Below are positions 16,636 through 25,406 of a DNA stretch of 37,283 bases, one piece after another. This DNA comes from Gemmatimonadota bacterium (GTDB lineage Bacteria > Gemmatimonadota > Gemmatimonadetes > Palauibacterales > KS3-K002): contig JBDHJS010000034.1 in the NCBI GenBank assembly GCA_039586795.1, forward strand, positions 70,918 to 108,200, given 5' to 3'. Position 1 is the first letter of the stretch; each line of letters begins with the position of its first letter. The notes under the pieces were generated by a model, which was not told the origin of the DNA, did not search any database, and saw only the letters and a list, made by a program, of their open reading frames with translations. Both the position numbers and the translations under genes were made by a program.

Positions 16636-17766
16636 ATAACGCGGTCGCGCTGGAAGCGCATTTTGCTGTGGCTCGGCATCTGGACGCTGGCGGCGGTGTT
16701 CTGGAGCGCGCAGAACATCGTACGTGACGTGGTAACCGGTCGCCCGATTCGGTGGCTACAGGCTGTCGGCTTCGAGTTCCTCTACTGGACGCCATTCGCT
16801 CTCCTAACGCCGTTTCTCCTCTTTATGGTGCGGCGGTTCCGTCTCGAGCCTGGTCTCCTGCGGCGCAATCTGTCCTTTCACATGGCCGGAGCGGTGGTCT
16901 TCGCGTTCGCGCAGACGCTGATTGCATTTGCCCTGCAATATGCCACGGTCGTGGCACTCAAGTTCCCACCCGAGAGTATCGATGCGATGGTGGCCAACCT
17001 GCGGGTGGCCTTCTGGCTGGTCGTAATAACGGCGCTGTGGAAGTACTGGGTGATCATCGGGCTCTGGTACGCGTTCGACTATTACCGGCGCTATCGAGAG
17101 CGCGAGGCCCGCGCTTCCCAGCTCGAGGCCCGGCTCGCCACTTCCCAGCTACAGGCGCTCAAGATGCAGCTGCAGCCCCACTTTCTGTTCAACACGCTGC
17201 ATTCTGTATCCATGTTGAACCTCACAGACGCGAATGCGGCGAACCGAGTGCTCGTCAAACTCAGCGAGCTGTTACGCATCACCCTGGACAGCAACAGCAG
17301 CCAGGAGGTGCCGCTCGAGAAAGAGATCGACTTCCTGGACCGCTATCTAGAGATCGAGAGCATTCGCTTTCAAGATCGCCTCGACGTGAGATTTCTGTTC
17401 GATGACGACGTGCAGGACTCGCTGGTACCGAACCTGGTGCTGCAGCCGCTTGTCGAGAACGCGATCCGTCATGGGATATCGAAGAGCTCATCTGCAAGCA
17501 CGATCGAGGTGCGCGCTCGCTCGAGCGACGGAAAGCTAGTACTGGAAGTCGCTGACGATGGTCCGGGCCTGCCGGCTGGCTGGAGCGCCGACCGGGATAC
17601 GGGATTGGGACTCACCAACACCCGCGAGCGACTCGAGCGCCTGTACGGTGAGGGTCAGCAACTCGAATTCGAGAGTGCACCAGGCGGCGGGTTGACCGTG
17701 CGTATCACTTTGCCGTTTCGCCGTGCCCAGCGGAGTGCTTCGATGCAAGGAAGCCCAGATCGATGA
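16636..17766 (+). CDS. LytS/YehU-family sensor histidine kinase (start uncertain: ATA 16636 or TTG 16663)
   Basis: N-terminal TMs; LKMQLQPHFLFNTLH, LQPLVENAIRHG, DDGPG, GLGLTNTRERL; overlaps the response regulator start. Confidence 0.93.
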   Translation: MTRSRWKRILLWLGIWTLAAVFWSAQNIVRDVVTGRPIRWLQAVGFEFLYWTPFALLTPFLLFMVRRFRLEPGLLRRNLSFHMAGAVVFAFAQTLIAFALQYATVVALKFPPESIDAMVANLRVAFWLVVITALWKYWVIIGLWYAFDYYRRYREREARASQLEARLATSQLQALKMQLQPHFLFNTLHSVSMLNLTDANAANRVLVKLSELLRITLDSNSSQEVPLEKEIDFLDRYLEIESIRFQDRLDVRFLFDDDVQDSLVPNLVLQPLVENAIRHGISKSSSASTIEVRARSSDGKLVLEVADDGPGLPAGWSADRDTGLGLTNTRERLERLYGEGQQLEFESAPGGGLTVRITLPFRRAQRSASMQGSPDR

Positions 17767-18539
17767 TCCGGACCATCATCGTCGATGATGAGCCCATCGC
17801 GCGGAGTGGGCTGCGCGCGCTACTGGCGGCCGACCCCGACGTGCAGGTCATCTGCGAGTGTGGGAACGGCATCGCCGCGGTGGAAGCCGTGCGTCGTGAG
17901 CACCCCGACCTTGTGTTTCTCGACGTGCAGATGCCCGATCTGGACGGCTTCGGAGTGCTCGAGCAGCTACAGCCGGAGGAGATGCCGGCCATCGTGTTCG
18001 TGACGGCGTACGATCAGTACGCGATCCGCGCCTTCGAGGTGAACGCGATCGATTACCTTCTGAAACCGTTCGATCGCGATCGCTTCGCCGAGTCGTTGGC
18101 CCGCGTCAAGCGCCACATACAACTGGATCGCGTCAGCTCCCTCAGCGACAAGATGGTCTCGCTGCTCAAGCACCTCGGTTCCGCGGCGCCCGGCAGTTCC
18201 GGCACCTATCGAGCGGGGCGCATCTTGATCAAGGACCGACGACGCGTGAGCTTCGTGCGGCAGACCGACATCGACTGGATCGAAGTCCAGGGCAACTATC
18301 TGCGCATTCACACGGGGACCGAAAGTCACCTGGCAAGAGATACGCTGACGGCGATGCTCGAGAAGCTGGATCCGACGACGTTCCTGCGAATCAGCCGTTC
18401 CCATGCCGTCAACGTGGAGAAGGTCAAGGAACTCCGCTCGCTCGACAATGGCCGCTACTGCTTCACGTTATCCGACGGTACCGAGCTGCAGTCGAGTCGT
18501 CGTCACCGTGAACAGGTGGAACAGTACTTCGATATATAG
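17763..18539 (+). CDS. LytTR-family response regulator
   Basis: IVDDEP, VFLDVQMP, FVTAYD, DYLLKPF receiver domain; IDWIEVQGNY and FLRISRSHAVN LytTR domain. Confidence 0.95.
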   Translation: MIRTIIVDDEPIARSGLRALLAADPDVQVICECGNGIAAVEAVRREHPDLVFLDVQMPDLDGFGVLEQLQPEEMPAIVFVTAYDQYAIRAFEVNAIDYLLKPFDRDRFAESLARVKRHIQLDRVSSLSDKMVSLLKHLGSAAPGSSGTYRAGRILIKDRRRVSFVRQTDIDWIEVQGNYLRIHTGTESHLARDTLTAMLEKLDPTTFLRISRSHAVNVEKVKELRSLDNGRYCFTLSDGTELQSSRRHREQVEQYFDI

Positions 18540-18546
18540 AGCGCCC

Positions 18547-18599
18547 CCGCTCGACCCGGACCTACTACCGCCCGCCCCAGTCAGCCGCCCACACACCCC
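18547..18599 (+). promoter_or_regulatory. Three LytTR-type direct repeats
   Basis: ccgctcgaccc 18547, ccgcccgcccc 18568, ccacacacccc 18589; exact 21-bp period. Confidence 0.55.
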
Positions 18600-18687
18600 A
18601 CAGTGCGTTGTCGCCCCCATGGCAAGCACGAAATTGAACACGTATCGCCCCAACCCTGCTAGGAGATTGGCACGAATGGGAGGAATC

Positions 18688-19509
18688 ATGCTAAGGCTTC
18701 TCGAGCGGTCTATGAGTTGTATGGCACTCGCAACGCTGATCGGCTCCCTGACGGTCGGATCCGCCCTCGCCCAGGAGAAGAGCTGGACGGAAGAGGACGA
18801 GGCCGGAGTCGTCGGCGCCGGGCTGGATTACATGGAAGGGGCACTTTACGCCGATGCGGATCGCGTCGGCCGAGGCGTCCACGAAGAGCTCACCAAGGTC
18901 ATTGTTCGAACGCTTCCTCAGACCGGCACCCAGATGCTGAGCTACAATGGCTACTCCATGCTGGTCGAGATCACAGTGTTCGATATCGGGCATGACATCG
19001 CCATAGCACGGGCAGTGAGCCAGCTGTGGTACGACTATCTGCAGCTGGCGAAGATCGACGACGAGTGGCGGATCATCAACGTGCTGTGGGCCCAAAACCA
19101 ACCAGCCGGCGAAGCTTCGGAAGCCGACAAACAGGCGGTGAAGAACACGGCCCTCGATTACATAGACGGGGCTTATTCCGGGGATGCGGAGCGGATGGCG
19201 CGTGCTCTGCACCCCGAGTTGACCAAGGTGATGCTGGCTCGCCACCCCCAAACGGGGAGGCCCTTTCTGAACACGATCGGAGCATCGATTCTGGTCGAAG
19301 GAACGCGGGCGGGTCTTGGCAACCTCGCAGAAGATGAACGTGAGATTGACGTCGAGATCTTCGACCTCTCTCACGGCATTGCGTCGGTGAAAGTCTACTC
19401 GGCCATGTATATCGACTACCTGCAAATCGGCAAGATCGGCGACGAGTGGAAGATCATCAACGTGCTCTGGGTTCCCAATCCGAACGCGCCCGGACGCGAT
19501 ACAGAGTGA
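18688..19509 (+). CDS. Exported tandem NTF2-like (putative lumazine-binding / SnoaL-like) domain protein
   Basis: Signal peptide ending ALA-Q; two repeats LDY(M/I)(E/D)GA..DA(D/E)R...H.ELTK...DYLQ..KI.DEW.IINVLW; GGAGG before ATG 18688. Confidence 0.85.
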   Translation: MLRLLERSMSCMALATLIGSLTVGSALAQEKSWTEEDEAGVVGAGLDYMEGALYADADRVGRGVHEELTKVIVRTLPQTGTQMLSYNGYSMLVEITVFDIGHDIAIARAVSQLWYDYLQLAKIDDEWRIINVLWAQNQPAGEASEADKQAVKNTALDYIDGAYSGDAERMARALHPELTKVMLARHPQTGRPFLNTIGASILVEGTRAGLGNLAEDEREIDVEIFDLSHGIASVKVYSAMYIDYLQIGKIGDEWKIINVLWVPNPNAPGRDTE

Positions 19510-19540
19510 GGCACGGCAAGCATATGAGGGGATCATTCCG

Positions 19541-19746
19541 ATGAAGAGAACGTCAGATGCTTGACTCTCGTTGTTGTTGGCGTCAGCCTGCTCCTGTTTG
19601 CAGGCACGGCTCAAGGCCAGATGCCCGACTTCACCCTGCCGGTTTGTACAGGGTGGCCAGCTGACCCTCTCCAACCTGTAAGGGAAGACCGTACTCCTGG
19701 TCTTCCCCCGCGGGCCCTACCCGGACTTCTCGGGTACGCGTTCTGA
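19541..19746 (+). pseudogene. Decayed AhpC/TSA redoxin-like gene
   Basis: ATG 19541 runs into TGA after 7 codons; signal peptide and MPDFTLPV in a second frame; QGGQLTLSNL*GKTVLLVFPRG after another frameshift, with an internal TAA; no CxxC follows. Confidence 0.75.
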
Positions 19747-19773
19747 GGATAACGGCCGTCAATCAACGTCGGC

Positions 19774-21735
19774 TCACTCCATGACGATCTCATCCACAAA
19801 GAGCCACGCCTTGCCTCCCGCCCCGGGGTGCCATTCCGGGCATTGACCCAGATTCCGCGCTCGAATACGAACGAATCGCACGGGTCCGGCGTCGACCTCA
19901 GTCGAGATCGAACGCGTCGCCGCTCTGTAGTCCTGCTCCAGCACAAGCGAGGCCCGATGTACAGTCTCCCAGTCGCTGCCGTCCACCGAGACGGCGAACT
20001 CCACCGATTGAGGCAGGAAGATCCATGAGACCTGGGCGCGTAAAACACTGACGGCAATACGACGGACGTTTTTCGATTCCCCGAGATCGACCACCGCTTC
20101 CAGGTTCGCGGCCTCGAAACCCAGCCAGCGGCTATCTTGATGATCCCGACTTCCGAGCTTGCCATCGGTAAGAGATGGCGGCCCCTCCCCCGGATACCTT
20201 GGATCGGGAGAGGACATCAGGGCGACCGATGCGCCCACCGCCAAATGCGCTAGTGTATCGGGTCTGTCGGAGCCGTGCCGTCCCGGCGGCCGCACTTCTG
20301 CGCCTACGCGACTCGTCAGCCGATCGCCCAGCGCTTCGCGGACCGAATCGGCGAGGGCATCGAGCCGCTGGACCACTTCCGGATGAGCCGCCGCGACGTC
20401 CGTCGTCTCGCCGATGTCGTTTTCGAGATCGTAGAGCGCGTCCGGCACGGTCGGAAACGAATAGGGGCCGGCCAGGCCATCGTTGCCCGGCTCCACACCC
20501 AGGTACGACCGGGTGCGATGCTCGTAGACCCGCTTCCACTTTCCTTCGCGCACCGCTCGAAGCTGTCCACTGTAGTAATAGAAGAACTGGTTCCGAGGGT
20601 TGGCGGACTCATCGCCCTCCAGAAGCGGCAGGATGTTCACGCCGTCAATAGGCAACTCCGGGAGGGATGCGCCTGTGATGGCCGCCACCGTGGGGAGGAT
20701 GTCCAGGGTCGATGCCATCTTTCGGCTGACCGACCCCGGCTTTATTTGGCCCGGCCACCGCATGATGGCCGGCACCCGCACGCCACCTTCGAACGCCGTG
20801 CCTTTGCCCTCGCGCAGCGGACCCGCGGAGCCTGCGTGGTTGCCGAAGTTGAGCCAGGGGCCGTTGTCGCTCGTGAAGATGACCAGGGTGTTCTCCGCCA
20901 GGCCTAGTCGGTCCAAGGTCGCCAGCACCTGGCCAACGGACCAATCGATTTCCTCCACGACATCGCCGTACATGCCCTGGGCGCTGTGGCCCTTGAACTT
21001 GTCCGAGACGGCGAGGGGCACATGGACCATGCTGTGCGCCAGATACAGGAAGAACGGCGCGTCTTTGTGCCGCTCGATGAAGTCCACAGCCCGCTCGGTG
21101 TACCGCGTGGTCAGCGTAGCCTGTCCTTCCAGATCATCTATCGTTTCCACCGTCTCGTTGCCATCAACTAGTGGCAGCGGCGGATAGGTCATCTTGGCTC
21201 CGCTGGTAGCCGGAAGACCGTCGTAGCCGATTGGCCACATGTCGTTGGAATACGGCACGCCCAGGTACTCATCGAATCCGTGTTGCAGCGGCAGGAATTC
21301 TTCGAGATTCCCGAGATGCCACTTGCCGATGGCCGCCGTGGCGTACCCCAGCTCTTTGAGCATCTCGGCGATGGTCGTCTCCTCTGGATTGATCCCGACC
21401 TCGGCGAACGGCCCCAGCGCCCCGCGGATGGAGACCCTCTGCGAATAGGATCCCGTTAGTAGCGAAGCCCGGGAAGCGGAGCAGACGGCCTGACTGACAT
21501 AGAAATCCGTGAAGCGCATGCCGTCTGACGCCATCCGGTCGAGATGCGGTGTCGAGTACTCCGTCGCTCCGTACACGCCGACGTCCGCATAGCCCTGATC
21601 ATCGGTAAAGATGAGCACGATGTTGGGTGGGGCATCGGATCGAGAACAGCCGCCCATCACAAGGCCGGCCGCCAGGAGCAAGCAGGTGACGGCCAAGCGT
21701 CTCAAGGGGCGTGTTCGGCGCCGATCGTTCTCCAT
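19774..21735 (-). CDS. Cys-type arylsulfatase with C-terminal discoidin/F5-8C-like domain, lipoprotein
   Basis: FTDDQG, CSASRASLLTG, GKWHLG, SDNG; C-terminal LTDG...WLGF...VVDLG...FVRIRA...LFVDEI; lipobox MGGC. Confidence 0.93.
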   Translation of the reverse strand: MENDRRRTRPLRRLAVTCLLLAAGLVMGGCSRSDAPPNIVLIFTDDQGYADVGVYGATEYSTPHLDRMASDGMRFTDFYVSQAVCSASRASLLTGSYSQRVSIRGALGPFAEVGINPEETTIAEMLKELGYATAAIGKWHLGNLEEFLPLQHGFDEYLGVPYSNDMWPIGYDGLPATSGAKMTYPPLPLVDGNETVETIDDLEGQATLTTRYTERAVDFIERHKDAPFFLYLAHSMVHVPLAVSDKFKGHSAQGMYGDVVEEIDWSVGQVLATLDRLGLAENTLVIFTSDNGPWLNFGNHAGSAGPLREGKGTAFEGGVRVPAIMRWPGQIKPGSVSRKMASTLDILPTVAAITGASLPELPIDGVNILPLLEGDESANPRNQFFYYYSGQLRAVREGKWKRVYEHRTRSYLGVEPGNDGLAGPYSFPTVPDALYDLENDIGETTDVAAAHPEVVQRLDALADSVREALGDRLTSRVGAEVRPPGRHGSDRPDTLAHLAVGASVALMSSPDPRYPGEGPPSLTDGKLGSRDHQDSRWLGFEAANLEAVVDLGESKNVRRIAVSVLRAQVSWIFLPQSVEFAVSVDGSDWETVHRASLVLEQDYRAATRSISTEVDAGPVRFVRIRARNLGQCPEWHPGAGGKAWLFVDEIVME

Positions 21736-21798
21736 CAACCAGTCATCCTTCGGTTAGCTACCCCTATCAAACCCAAACGAGACAAGCGCTTGGGTGCG

Positions 21799-23193
21799 TC
21801 AACGGCGCTTGTACGTTTCGACAGTCTTCTGATCGTACCGCGCCAGGCTGTGTTCGCGCCACATGGGCTCCGACACCCAGATCGGTGCGGGCAGAGTTCT
21901 CTCCCACCGCTCCAACTCACTTCGAAGCGTTTCCGCCACATCGGGTCGATGCTCGTACAGGTCGGTCGTCTCACCGATGTCCTCACTCAGATCAAAGAGC
22001 CAGTACTCGTCGGCCGGAGTCCGCACGAGTTTCCAGTCACCGCTCCGAACCGCGGCAGCCCAGTTGGTCTTCCAGAACAGGTGGTTGTGTGGCGCCCCGT
22101 CCCGCTCTCCGGTCAGGTAGGGCAAGAGGTCCACACCATCAACACGAAGGTCGTCCGGTATCCTTCCACTGCCGGCCGCGACGATGGTAGGCAGGATATC
22201 CAGTGTGCTAATGGGATAATCGTAGGTTTGGCTGTGCGAGAAGCGGTCCGGCCACTGGATAACGAAGGGAACGCGTATCCCCCCTTCCAGCAGCGTTCCC
22301 TTGGTTCCCCGCAGCGGATCGTTGAGCGACGCGTTGTACGGCATCGCGCCCCCGTTGTCGTTGGTGAAGATGACGATCGTGTTGTCGGTCAGGCCGTACT
22401 CCTCAAGGGCATTGACGATCTTCCCCACGTTCTCATCGAGAGACCTAGTCATCGCCGCGTTCAGGGCCCGAGCCCTCGTCTCGAACGTTGCCCGCGCCTC
22501 CTCCAGGTAATCCGGTCGCGCCTGGAGGGGCGTGTGCGGCGCATTGAACGAGACGAAGAGGAAGAACGGGTCCCGTAGGTGGCGCTCGATGAAGGCGACG
22601 GCTTCGTCGCCGAAGGCGTCGGTCAGGTAAGGGAGCCGGGTGTAGTCGACGTCTTTGAAGTTCGAGACGATCGCTCTTGCAGAGCCGGGTTCATAGGGGC
22701 TGCTGCCGCCCAGCATTCCGAAGAACTCGTCGAAGCCTCTGCGCTCCGGGTGGAACCGTCGGTGCCTGCCAAGATGCCACTTACCGATGATCCCCGTGGC
22801 GTAGCCGGCCTGTTTCATCAGGTCGGCGATGGTTACCTCGCTCAACGGCAGACCGCGCATCTCACGGGTGACGGCCGGGTCTTCCATGCCCGGCAGATTG
22901 TACTCATGTCCGAACCGCTGTTGGTATCGCCCGGTCAGGAGCCCGGCGCGTGACGGGCTGCACACCGATGCGGTGACATAGGCGTTGCTGAACCGGACAC
23001 CGTTCCCAACTAGTGCATCGATGTACGGGGTGGCGAAATCCTCGTTCCCCTGGAAGCCGAAATCCGCGTAACCCGCGTCGTCGGAGAAGACGATGACCAC
23101 GTTCGGCCTAGAACCGGAGACGCCGGGTGAATGACGCCCCGCCAAGAGGACGAGAGCGAAGCAGCAGAGGACGCAGACCGGCAGTGCGCGCAT
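21799..23193 (-). CDS. Cys-type sulfatase, exported
   Basis: FSDDAG, CSPSRAGLLTG, GKWHLG, FNAPH, NDNG, EGGIRVP. Confidence 0.93.
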   Translation of the reverse strand: MRALPVCVLCCFALVLLAGRHSPGVSGSRPNVVIVFSDDAGYADFGFQGNEDFATPYIDALVGNGVRFSNAYVTASVCSPSRAGLLTGRYQQRFGHEYNLPGMEDPAVTREMRGLPLSEVTIADLMKQAGYATGIIGKWHLGRHRRFHPERRGFDEFFGMLGGSSPYEPGSARAIVSNFKDVDYTRLPYLTDAFGDEAVAFIERHLRDPFFLFVSFNAPHTPLQARPDYLEEARATFETRARALNAAMTRSLDENVGKIVNALEEYGLTDNTIVIFTNDNGGAMPYNASLNDPLRGTKGTLLEGGIRVPFVIQWPDRFSHSQTYDYPISTLDILPTIVAAGSGRIPDDLRVDGVDLLPYLTGERDGAPHNHLFWKTNWAAAVRSGDWKLVRTPADEYWLFDLSEDIGETTDLYEHRPDVAETLRSELERWERTLPAPIWVSEPMWREHSLARYDQKTVETYKRR

Positions 23194-23216
23194 TAACTCA
23201 CTTTTCAGGTCCGGGT

Positions 23217-24710
23217 TTACCGGACCAGCCCCATCGCATCGAGAGCGGCCGCTGCCATGGCCGCCGTCAGATCGCGCACCACGTCTGTCATCTGCGGATC
23301 GTGAATGAGGTTTGTGGTCTCGAACGGATCCTCGACCAGATCGTAGAGCTCGTTCTCATCCGGGTGCTGCATCCAGTGTATGTACTTGTAGCGATTCGTC
23401 CGGATGGTGCGGTAGTCCATGTCGAGCAGCCACGGGAACGGATTCTCGTACGTGTAGAACTCGATGTAGACCGCCTGGCGCCAATCGGTCTCCGTTCCCC
23501 GCAGCAAAGGCACGAGCGACCGACCCTGGATATGATCTCCTATGGGCGCCCCAGCGATGTCCAGCACCGTAGGCGCGATGTCGATCGAGAGCGCCAGTTC
23601 ATAGATCTTGGAACCCGCCAGGATCACCGGCGGATAGCGCACGATGAACGGCGTACGAATCGATTCCTCGTAGGGCATGCGGCGCTCGATCGACAGACCG
23701 TGTTCGCCGTAAAAGAAGCCGTTGTCGCTCGTGAAAACGATGAACGTCTGGTCCAGGATGCCCTGGGCACTTAGAGCCTCGACGATGCGTCCCACACTCT
23801 CATCGACGGCGAGCAGCATCTCGGCGCGGCGTCGGATGGTCTCCTCGCTGGTACCCAGATCGAGAATCGAGCCGAACGCGTCTGCCATCTCGTTTGAGTG
23901 CTTGCGGCCCAGCGCCCGCTGAAGCGCCGGCTTGCCCGTAAGGCTGTCAGGAGACGCGACGACGTTTTGCCGGCGCGGGAATACTTCTTCTTCGTAGCGC
24001 CCCACGTGCCGTGGCGCCGGCACGTAACCACGCTCGCTGGACGGGTCTACCGAACCGTCGTCGAGCTGCTTGGCGTCGGGGTGTATCGCCTTGTGTCCTA
24101 TATATAGGAAGAATGGGCCCTCGCGTTCGCGCTCGATGAACGCTACCGCCCGGTCGGTAAGAATATCCGTCAGATAGCCGCGGAAGGTGCGGATCCGTCC
24201 ATCCTCGAAGAGCTCGGGATCGATAGACCGCCCCTGCCCGGGTATGGCGGACCAGTAGTCGAAGCCCGGCCTGGGTGTCGGGTCGTTGCCCATGTGCCAC
24301 TTGCCCAGGAAACCCGTCTCGTAACCCGCATCCTGCAGCGCCTGCGGGAACGTCTCCAGCCGGTGGCTCATCCTGTTCCTGGCCACGTTGTCGATGATGC
24401 CGTGACGCGACGGGTACTGGCCCGTCAGGATGCTGGCGCGGTTCGGCGAGCAGAGCGGGACGGCGTGGAACGCGTTGGTCAGCCAGGCCCCTTCGTTCGC
24501 CAGCTGGTCGATGTTTGGCGTCTCGAGGTACGGGTGCCCGGCGATACCCAACTCGTCCCAGCGTAGATCATCAACGACCATCACGATGATGTTCGGACGC
24601 CCACCCGAGTCGGCGGAATCGCCTGGCGCGTCCGCTCCGTCCTGGGACCCACACGCCGAACAAAGCAGAGTCAGAACAAGCAGGCTTCCTAAGTGCTTAG
24701 AGCAAATCAT
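23217..24710 (-). CDS. Cys-type sulfatase, N-acetylglucosamine-6-sulfatase-like, lipoprotein
   Basis: VDDLRWD, CSPNRASILTG, GKWHMG, SDNGFFYGEHG, PYEESIRTP; lipobox CSAC. Confidence 0.92.
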   Translation of the reverse strand: MICSKHLGSLLVLTLLCSACGSQDGADAPGDSADSGGRPNIIVMVVDDLRWDELGIAGHPYLETPNIDQLANEGAWLTNAFHAVPLCSPNRASILTGQYPSRHGIIDNVARNRMSHRLETFPQALQDAGYETGFLGKWHMGNDPTPRPGFDYWSAIPGQGRSIDPELFEDGRIRTFRGYLTDILTDRAVAFIEREREGPFFLYIGHKAIHPDAKQLDDGSVDPSSERGYVPAPRHVGRYEEEVFPRRQNVVASPDSLTGKPALQRALGRKHSNEMADAFGSILDLGTSEETIRRRAEMLLAVDESVGRIVEALSAQGILDQTFIVFTSDNGFFYGEHGLSIERRMPYEESIRTPFIVRYPPVILAGSKIYELALSIDIAPTVLDIAGAPIGDHIQGRSLVPLLRGTETDWRQAVYIEFYTYENPFPWLLDMDYRTIRTNRYKYIHWMQHPDENELYDLVEDPFETTNLIHDPQMTDVVRDLTAAMAAAALDAMGLVR

Positions 24711-24838
24711 GGGAATGTGCTCCTTCGCCTGAATGGTTCAGCGGCCCGGTCGATGCCGATCTGTTGTCAGTCGGTCGCCAGATTTCGCACGGACTATCGC
24801 TCGCCTGCATTTCGGGCAGGAGGTATAATGTGCGATAT

Positions 24839-25387
24839 ATGGCGATCTCACGCATCACCTGGGCCGACGCTCAGCTCATGCCCGAGGACGGCAAGCGTTA
24901 CGAAGCGATTGACGGGGAACTGTACGTGACAGCGGCCCCGTCTCGGCGCCATCAGCGGATCAGCTCGAACCTGGAAAGCGCCCTTCGAAGCCTCCTGGAC
25001 GACGCCGGTCACGGCTGGGTGTACGATGCGCCCATCGGAGTCGAGTTTCCCGAGACCGAGGAAGGTGTGCAGCCCGATATCATCTTCGTCGCGCGGCAGG
25101 CGGCGCCAAAGCTCGTCGATGAGGGCATCCGTGGTCCGCCCAACCTGGTTGTAGAAGTCCTCTCACCGTCGACAGCCAGCCGCGACCGTTCAGTCAAACT
25201 CAAGCTCTACCGGCGGCAAGGCGTCGCCCAATACTGGATCGTCGATCCGGACGGAGAAACCGTCGAAGTTTGGGACTTCGCCAACGATATCGGCCCATCA
25301 ATCTACAAGGAAACGCTTGTCGTCCGACTCGGTGACATCGACGCCGGTACGATAGACCTCGTACGCACCTTCGAGGCCGAGAGCTAG
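24839..25387 (+). CDS. Uma2 (DUF820) PD-(D/E)XK endonuclease-like protein
   Basis: RYEAIDGEL, QPDIIFV, PNLVVEVLSPST, DRSVKLKLY, YWIVDP; TATAAT at 24824. Confidence 0.92.
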   Translation: MAISRITWADAQLMPEDGKRYEAIDGELYVTAAPSRRHQRISSNLESALRSLLDDAGHGWVYDAPIGVEFPETEEGVQPDIIFVARQAAPKLVDEGIRGPPNLVVEVLSPSTASRDRSVKLKLYRRQGVAQYWIVDPDGETVEVWDFANDIGPSIYKETLVVRLGDIDAGTIDLVRTFEAES

Positions 25388-25406
25388 CTCGACCTTCCTC
25401 CCCCTT

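Noticed and set aside
19541..19746. Selenocysteine recoding or programmed frameshifting in the redoxin remnant
   Set aside because: The internal stop is TAA at a non-catalytic position, several lesions coexist, and the active-site region is missing
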